A DNA stretch of 64,000 bases, taken from positions 112,565 through 176,564 of the forward strand of contig CAYWPU010000001.1 of assembly GCA_964460805.1 (NCBI GenBank), written 5' to 3'. The DNA comes from an uncultured Candidatus Saccharibacteria bacterium. Lineage in GTDB: Bacteria; Patescibacteriota; Minisyncoccia; Phycocordibacterales; JACOZG01. The notes beneath the pieces were generated by a model that saw only the letters and a program-made list of their open reading frames with translations, had not been told where the DNA came from and searched no databases. Every line of letters starts with the position of its first letter. Positions within the stretch are counted from its first letter, which is position 1. The position numbers were made by a program, and so were the translations under genes. Shown one piece after another: positions 59,123 through 64,000 of this stretch.

Positions 59123-60082
59123 TTGACCACCAGCTTGTCTAGCATCAAGATCAAGCAGAATGTCCCGCTTGCGCCACTTACCAGCTTTGGTTTGGGCGGC
59201 CGTGCGCGTTATTACTTGCGAGTCAGCTCGTCTCAAGAGTTTGCTCAGGCGGTGGCCTTGGCTCGGCAACTCAAGATACCTCATCTCATTTTTGCCGGCG
59301 GGAGTAATGTCGTTTTCTCCGATCAAGATTACGAGTGTTTAGTAATCCACTATCTAGACGCGAGCAAGCCGGTGCTTAGGGAAACAGGCTCTGGAGTGGT
59401 GCTGGAGGCCTCCGCAGGCCTCGCCTTGGCGAGTTTGATCAAGAGCAGTATCAACCACAGCTTGGCTGGTTTGGAGGCGCTCTCGGGCATCCCGGGGACT
59501 GTGGGGGGCGCTATTGTGGGCAATGCCGGCGCTTATGGTCAGAGCATCTCAGACAAGATTACTGAAGTAGAAATCTTTGACGGCAAAAGAGTGCGCTGGA
59601 TCAAGAGAGTGGCTTGCAAGTTTGCTTATCGTGATAGCGTCTTTAAAGATAAAAATTCGCCGGCTGGCGAGTGGTTGGTCTTGCGGGTGCGGTTTGCGCT
59701 GGAGAAAGGAGATAAGAAAAAGTTAGCGCAGAAGTCGCGGGAGATCATCAGGATCAGGAACGAGAGATATAAGCCGGGTCTCAAGTGCCCGGGGAGCTAC
59801 TTCAAAAACGTCCTGGTAAAAAATGTTTCTCAGAAAGCGTTAAGCAAAATAGACAAAGTGAAAATTATAGACGGCAAGATCCCGACTGGTTACTTGCTTG
59901 AATCAGTTGGCGCGCGAGGGATGCGTGAAGCTGATATAGAAGTGGCGAGCTTCCACGGCAATTTATTATTTAATAACGGCAAAGGCAAAACCAAAGATGT
60001 CAAAATTCTTGCGGAAAAACTAAAGAAATTAGTCTGGCGGAAATTTGGTATCAAACTTGAGGAGGAAGTGAGATATATTTGA
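59123..60082 (+). CDS. murB: UDP-N-acetylenolpyruvoylglucosamine reductase
   Basis: FAD-binding N-terminus TSFGLGGRARYY...IFAGGSNVVF and MurB C-terminal domain. Confidence 0.75.
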   Translation: MTTSLSSIKIKQNVPLAPLTSFGLGGRARYYLRVSSSQEFAQAVALARQLKIPHLIFAGGSNVVFSDQDYECLVIHYLDASKPVLRETGSGVVLEASAGLALASLIKSSINHSLAGLEALSGIPGTVGGAIVGNAGAYGQSISDKITEVEIFDGKRVRWIKRVACKFAYRDSVFKDKNSPAGEWLVLRVRFALEKGDKKKLAQKSREIIRIRNERYKPGLKCPGSYFKNVLVKNVSQKALSKIDKVKIIDGKIPTGYLLESVGARGMREADIEVASFHGNLLFNNGKGKTKDVKILAEKLKKLVWRKFGIKLEEEVRYI

Positions 60083-60154
60083 CAGATTTAGAACTATTTG
60101 CTAATATAGAGCTCGGTAATCAAGCTGATTTGTTCAGCAGAAAGTGAGGTCTTT

Positions 60155-60520
60155 GTGATTAAAAAAGAGTTTTTCGGATTATTGCGGCGGGCGGTAGGGT
60201 CAGGGTCTTTCCAGGCATTCGTTAATAGCTTTGGTCAGGTCCGCCTACGTCGAGGAAAGAGTTGTCGATGTTTTTGCCCTATCGAGGCCGTTGTCTTCTT
60301 CCTGACCGGGAAATTTGTAAAAGTTGAGACCGAGTTGGAGGCGTACAATTATCTGGGTATCCGAGAAAGTGTGAGCTATAGCATCATTGATGCTGCCGAC
60401 ATGGATTACTACGATAGGGATGCATGGTGTGGTTGCTCGGTCGTTCGCGCACGACAATACCGCCGTCTCCTACTGCACGCCTGCGGCTTGCCGATGCCGA
60501 AGCGGAAGAAAGTGGCATAG
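60155..60520 (+). CDS. Hypothetical protein (GTG start)
   Basis: RBS GTGAGG 8 nt upstream. Followed by the terminator at 60531-60574. Confidence 0.35.
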   Translation: MIKKEFFGLLRRAVGSGSFQAFVNSFGQVRLRRGKSCRCFCPIEAVVFFLTGKFVKVETELEAYNYLGIRESVSYSIIDAADMDYYDRDAWCGCSVVRARQYRRLLLHACGLPMPKRKKVA

Positions 60521-60530
60521 TCTGCAATCA

Positions 60531-60574
60531 AAAGCCCAGCGCGATGACTCGCGCTGGGCTGATTTTTTTTTTGC
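60531..60574. terminator. Bidirectional rho-independent terminator AGCCCAGCGCG-atgact-CGCGCTGGGCT followed by T10
   Basis: 11-bp perfect stem and a long T-run. Confidence 0.75.
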
Positions 60575-60580
60575 GATTGC

Positions 60581-60790
60581 TTAGCTGGCGGCTTGGGCGT
60601 GATCATTTACATCTTTCTTGTGCTTCTCCTTGTGCTCGTCAAAGCGGTCGCTCTGGATCCGGAGGAAGCAATAAGGGCAAGTCTCGCAACAGCTCTCTTT
60701 TGTTCCTGGATCTTTTCGGTGCTCGGGGCAACGATCCGCTTGGACCCACGGTTCCTCTCGCACGCGCAGCACTCTTTCTTGCTCTGGCAT
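60581..60790 (-). CDS. Hypothetical small zinc-ribbon-like protein (69 aa; CPEH...CCETCPYC)
   Basis: Minus-strand ATG preceded by strong RBS AAGGAGA. The 3' end abuts the bidirectional terminator. Confidence 0.4.
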   Translation of the reverse strand: MPEQERVLRVREEPWVQADRCPEHRKDPGTKESCCETCPYCFLRIQSDRFDEHKEKHKKDVNDHAQAAS

Positions 60791-60880
60791 AGTCTGTCTC
60801 CTTACAGAATCTTGGCCTCTTTTGGGAACTATACTGTTTTTGAGACTAACACTAAATTGTGTTACAGTACAAGCGCAAAT

Positions 60881-62308
60881 ATGACTGCTTCTAATACTGA
60901 CTCGGGAACTGATTTACAGCTCACTGTTGGCTTGGAGATCCACGCGGAGCTCAAGACGGAGACTAAGATGTTCTGCCGGAGCAAGAACGATCCGGATGAA
61001 AAGAAGCCAAACGTGAACGTCTGTCCGGTTTGCCTCGCGCATCCGGGGACTCTGCCTACTCTCAACAAAAAGGCGATAGAGCACGTCTTGCGCGTGGGCT
61101 TGGCGCTGGGCGGCAAGCTGGCTGACTATACAGAATTTGACCGGAAAAATTACTTTTATCCAGATATACCGAAAGGTTATCAGATCAGCCAGTACAAGTT
61201 CCCGTTAGTTGCTGGCGGGAAACTGAACGGCGTGGAGTTGACGCGGATTCACTTGGAGGAAGATACGGCGCGGAATCAGCATAGTGACGAGCAAGATGGC
61301 GAGAGTTTGGTGGATCATAACCGCGCTGGTGTGCCGCTGATGGAGCTGGTTACCGAGCCCGTCATTACTAGTGCTAAGCAAGCTGGCGACTTTGCGCGCG
61401 AGTTCCAGCTCTTGCTGAGATACTTAGACGTGAGCGAGGCGAATATGGAGAAGGGCGAATTGCGAGTGGAGGCGAATATTTCCGTAGCGCCGGCCGGAGA
61501 CCCCTCGACGGGACTCGGGGTAAAGGGAACAAAAGTGGAAGTGAAGAATCTCAACTCTTTTAGGTCTGTTGAAAAAGCAATTGAATACGAACTAGCGCGG
61601 CAGAAGCGAGCGCTGGAGAAAGGCGAGAAGATTGTGCAAGAGACACGCGGCTGGGACGACGCCAAAGGCGAGACTTATTCGCAACGCAAAAAAGAATCTT
61701 CTCACGACTACAGATATTTTCCTGATCCAGATTTGCCTAAATTAAAAATTAGCGAAATTGCTGAATTTGCTGAAGCAAATTTAAGTAAAACGATCCCCGA
61801 ATTGCCGTGGCAGAAGCGGGAGCGCTTGCTCGCGCTGGGCTTGCAAGCGCAGGACGTGGAAGCGTATGTGAGCGATCTAGAATTAGGGCATTATTTTGAG
61901 CAGGTGATCGCTGGACTATCTGATTCTGGTCTGGCCAAAACCGCTTCTAATTTTATCTCTAACGATATTGTGGGTCTATTGAAGAAAGATGAGAAGTTAA
62001 AATTGCCGGCTGTTTCTAGTTTGGTAAAAATTATTAAATTATTTAGCGAGAAAAAGTTTAATTCTCGCCAGGCTAAAGATGCGCTTGAGAATCTGGTAAA
62101 ACATGGGACGGAAGCAGTGGAAGGCGCGAGTGTAGATTTAGGCGAAATTATTACTCAAATTATCGCTAGCAACTCTAAAGTGGTAGCAGAATATCAGAGT
62201 GGCAAGACGAGTGTTTTGCAGTTTTTAGTCGGCCAGGGGATGAAGTTGAGCAAGGGGAGCGCTAATCCGGAGGCGTTGAAAGAGATGCTGGAAAAAGCTT
62301 TAAAATAG
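60881..62308 (+). CDS. gatB: Asp-tRNA(Asn)/Glu-tRNA(Gln) amidotransferase subunit B
   Basis: GLEIHAELKTETKMFC...NVCPVCLAHPG (GatB N-terminus) and C-terminal GatB/YqeY domain. The track ORF is extended upstream to 60593. Confidence 0.85.
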   Translation: MTASNTDSGTDLQLTVGLEIHAELKTETKMFCRSKNDPDEKKPNVNVCPVCLAHPGTLPTLNKKAIEHVLRVGLALGGKLADYTEFDRKNYFYPDIPKGYQISQYKFPLVAGGKLNGVELTRIHLEEDTARNQHSDEQDGESLVDHNRAGVPLMELVTEPVITSAKQAGDFAREFQLLLRYLDVSEANMEKGELRVEANISVAPAGDPSTGLGVKGTKVEVKNLNSFRSVEKAIEYELARQKRALEKGEKIVQETRGWDDAKGETYSQRKKESSHDYRYFPDPDLPKLKISEIAEFAEANLSKTIPELPWQKRERLLALGLQAQDVEAYVSDLELGHYFEQVIAGLSDSGLAKTASNFISNDIVGLLKKDEKLKLPAVSSLVKIIKLFSEKKFNSRQAKDALENLVKHGTEAVEGASVDLGEIITQIIASNSKVVAEYQSGKTSVLQFLVGQGMKLSKGSANPEALKEMLEKALK

Positions 62309-62327
62309 GCCTCAAAACGCTGTTGCT

Positions 62328-62355
62328 TGCCAACGACTTGACAATTTCTGCCCAT
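62328..62355 (+). promoter_or_regulatory. Sigma70-type promoter (family copy): TTGACA, spacer ATTTCTGCCCATTTGC, TATACT
   Basis: Shares a 26/28-nt core with the promoters at 16188 and 62881. Sits upstream of the RRM-protein gene with a roughly 130-nt leader. Confidence 0.55.
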
Positions 62356-62485
62356 TTGCTATACTTGACCTTGTAAGTGTTTTCTCGCGATGTATTCTTA
62401 CGCTTTGGCGCTAAGGAGGACCAGGAGAAAAAGCTGGCAATAAGCTGGCAAAGTCGCCTTACACCATTGTTAAACAACTCAATAA

Positions 62486-62788
62486 ATGGCTAAGAAATTG
62501 TATGTCGGTGGCCTGCCTTACGCTACCACTGAGGATTCGCTGAAAAGCGCTTTCGCTCAGGCTGGTAACGTGGAGTCTGCCAACATCATCATGGATCGGA
62601 TGACCGGTCGCTCTAAGGGCTTCGGTTTCGTCCAGATGGTCACTGATGAGGAAGCCGACAAGGCTATTGAAATGTGGAACGGCAAGGAGTTTGAGGGTCG
62701 CAAGTTGACCGTCAACGAGGCCCGCCCACTGGAGGCTCGTCCTCCTCGCCGCAACGGCGGTTTCGATCGCGGTGGCAGCAACTGGTAA
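62486..62788 (+). CDS. RRM-type glycine-rich RNA-binding protein
   Basis: RNP2 KLYVGGLPY and RNP1 KGFGFVQM, with an RGG/Gly-rich tail. Confidence 0.85.
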   Translation: MAKKLYVGGLPYATTEDSLKSAFAQAGNVESANIIMDRMTGRSKGFGFVQMVTDEEADKAIEMWNGKEFEGRKLTVNEARPLEARPPRRNGGFDRGGSNW

Positions 62789-62880
62789 TTCACCAGTCCT
62801 GTGCACAAGAAAAACTCTCCCAGTAAAACGGGGGAGTTTTTCTTTTAGTTCTTGTTGTTTGTCTCAAGTCTTGACAATTT

Positions 62881-62909
62881 CTACCCATTTGCTATAATTG
62901 AGGCAGGAG
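62881..62909 (+). promoter_or_regulatory. Sigma70-type promoter (family copy): TTGACA, spacer ATTTCTACCCATTTGC, TATAAT
   Basis: Matches 16188-16215 except for one spacer base. ATG at 62918. Confidence 0.65.
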
Positions 62910-62917
62910 GTTTTGTT

Positions 62918-63202
62918 ATGAACGTAAAGTTCTTTAAACGGCTGATCAGACCCTTTTGGCGTCCTTGGTGGTTGCGTTGGTGTTGGTGGCTGGAGACTAA
63001 AAACCTGGAGTTGGATTTACATCTGCCAACCCACCATCAACCGATGAGATGGTGTCGTAATCTTAAGGTTCTGGGATTCAGTAATGTGGGAGAGGTTACT
63101 TGTGTGGAATTGAGTGGCACAGAGAATGGGTTTCCTCTCTATTCAGTGTCTCACATTTGCGGCATTACAATCCGCGTTGTAGATCCAGGACACCCAGATT
63201 AG
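62918..63202 (+). CDS. Hypothetical small Trp/Arg-rich protein (MNVKFFKRLIRPFWRPWWLRWCWWLETK...)
   Basis: ATG 9 nt after the consensus promoter. GGAGG lies upstream. Terminator at 63212-63248. Confidence 0.4.
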   Translation: MNVKFFKRLIRPFWRPWWLRWCWWLETKNLELDLHLPTHHQPMRWCRNLKVLGFSNVGEVTCVELSGTENGFPLYSVSHICGITIRVVDPGHPD

Positions 63203-63211
63203 GTCTGACAG

Positions 63212-63248
63212 AAACGCCGCGCTCAAGATTTGGGCCGGCGTTTTCTAT
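63212..63248 (+). terminator. Rho-independent terminator AACGCCG-(16 nt)-CGGCGTTTT
   Basis: 7-bp GC-rich stem plus T-run. Confidence 0.5.
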
Positions 63249-63335
63249 TGCCAAGAACCACTTCGTCTGCTATATTTAGCTCTCGCCGCTCCTGCGGCTA
63301 AAATTTTTCGCTTTTTATTTTTAATTATTAAAGTA

Positions 63336-64000
63336 ATGGAAATCAGGAACGTTGCTATCATCGCGCACGTTGACCACGGCAAGACCACACTGGTGGATGC
63401 GCTTTTGCGTCAGAGCAAAACTAAAATCTCTAAAGAGACTAGCGAGAAGGGGGATTTGATCATGGACTCTAACGACCTAGAGCGGGAGAGAGGTATTACT
63501 ATTTTTGCCAAGAACGCGGCGGTGAAGTGGGGCGAGCTGAAGATAAATATTATTGATACGCCCGGCCACGCGGACTTTGGCGGTGAGGTGGAACGCGTGC
63601 TCAAGATGGCCGATGGCTGTTTGCTCTTGGTTGATGCCAAAGAGGGTCCAATGCCGCAGACTAGATTTGTGTTGAAGAAAGCATTGGCTCTGGGTCTCAA
63701 GATTATTGTGGTGGTAAATAAAATAGATAAGCCAGACGCGCGGGTGGATTACGTGCTAGATAAAACTCTGGAATTATTTCTGGAACTGGGGGCGAGTGAC
63801 GAGCTGGCTAATTTCCCCGTGCTCTATGCGTCCGCTCGTGCTGGTCTGGCCGGCAGGGAAGCTGATTTGAGTAAAATGACAGATATCGCGCCGGTCTTTG
63901 AGATGATTATTAAGGAGATCAAGCCGCCGGCTGGAGATCCAAATCAACCTCTGCAGATCTTGGTGACCACTATTGCTGGTGACGAGTGGAAGGGTCGGAT
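63336..64000 (+). CDS. typA: Translational GTPase TypA/BipA, 3'-truncated at the window edge
   Basis: [32 protein letters not shown] and NKIDKPDAR motifs. The frame stays open to the window end. Confidence 0.8.
   Translation, partial: MEIRNVAIIAHVDHGKTTLVDALLRQSKTKISKETSEKGDLIMDSNDLERERGITIFAKNAAVKWGELKINIIDTPGHADFGGEVERVLKMADGCLLLVDAKEGPMPQTRFVLKKALALGLKIIVVVNKIDKPDARVDYVLDKTLELFLELGASDELANFPVLYASARAGLAGREADLSKMTDIAPVFEMIIKEIKPPAGDPNQPLQILVTTIAGDEWKGR

Noticed and set aside
60593-60880. ORF-track N-terminal extension of gatB (571 aa)
   Set aside because: The GatB homology begins at MTASN...LEIHAELKT (ATG 60881). The upstream 96 residues are hydrophobic, low-complexity and antisense to a better-supported small gene.

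Overview
This 64-kb window looks like part of a small, streamlined bacterial genome, plausibly a Patescibacteria/CPR lineage (inference from gene content and leaderless or short-leader starts). All numbered homology and motif calls were read by eye from the translations, and no database search was run. In order, the window holds: (1) a 5'-truncated phage tail-collar-domain protein. (2) A compact type IV pilus operon (pilB, a small membrane protein, pilC, three prepilin-like genes, and one large Gly/Thr/Asn-rich protein). (3) Housekeeping genes tpiA, pgk, a HIT-family gene, recJ, rnhA, and ComEC split into two same-frame ORFs. (4) rpmB (L28) and an M50-family protease. (5) The str operon rpsL-rpsG-fusA, an inserted pair of unknown genes, then tuf. 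(6) The head of the S10 operon (rpsJ-rplC-rplD-rplW-rplB), which stops abruptly after rplB. (7) An AT-rich patch with two small minus-strand ORFs, followed by a soluble TraD/VirD4-like (T4CP/DUF87-like) ATPase. (8) A roughly 23-kb cell-surface glycan island at 28.5-52.2 kb. It carries eight GT4 and one GT2 glycosyltransferases, four stand-alone class-I SAM methyltransferases plus one fused to a FemAB-like acyl-/aminoacyl-transferase domain, asnB, an SDR epimerase, GtrA, a GT-C-like membrane protein, a CDP-alcohol phosphatidyltransferase, a Wzx-like flippase and a Wzy_C-TPR protein. (9) secA, secreted PKD/Fn3 and peptidoglycan-binding repeat proteins, murB, gatB, an RRM RNA-binding protein and the 5' end of typA. 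Non-coding observations are a near-identical extended -35/-10 promoter present four times, a roughly 60-nt conserved 5' leader present twice, a 12-13-bp inverted repeat present twice, a roughly 240-nt highly structured intergenic region upstream of secA that may be an ncRNA or MITE, and several rho-independent terminators.
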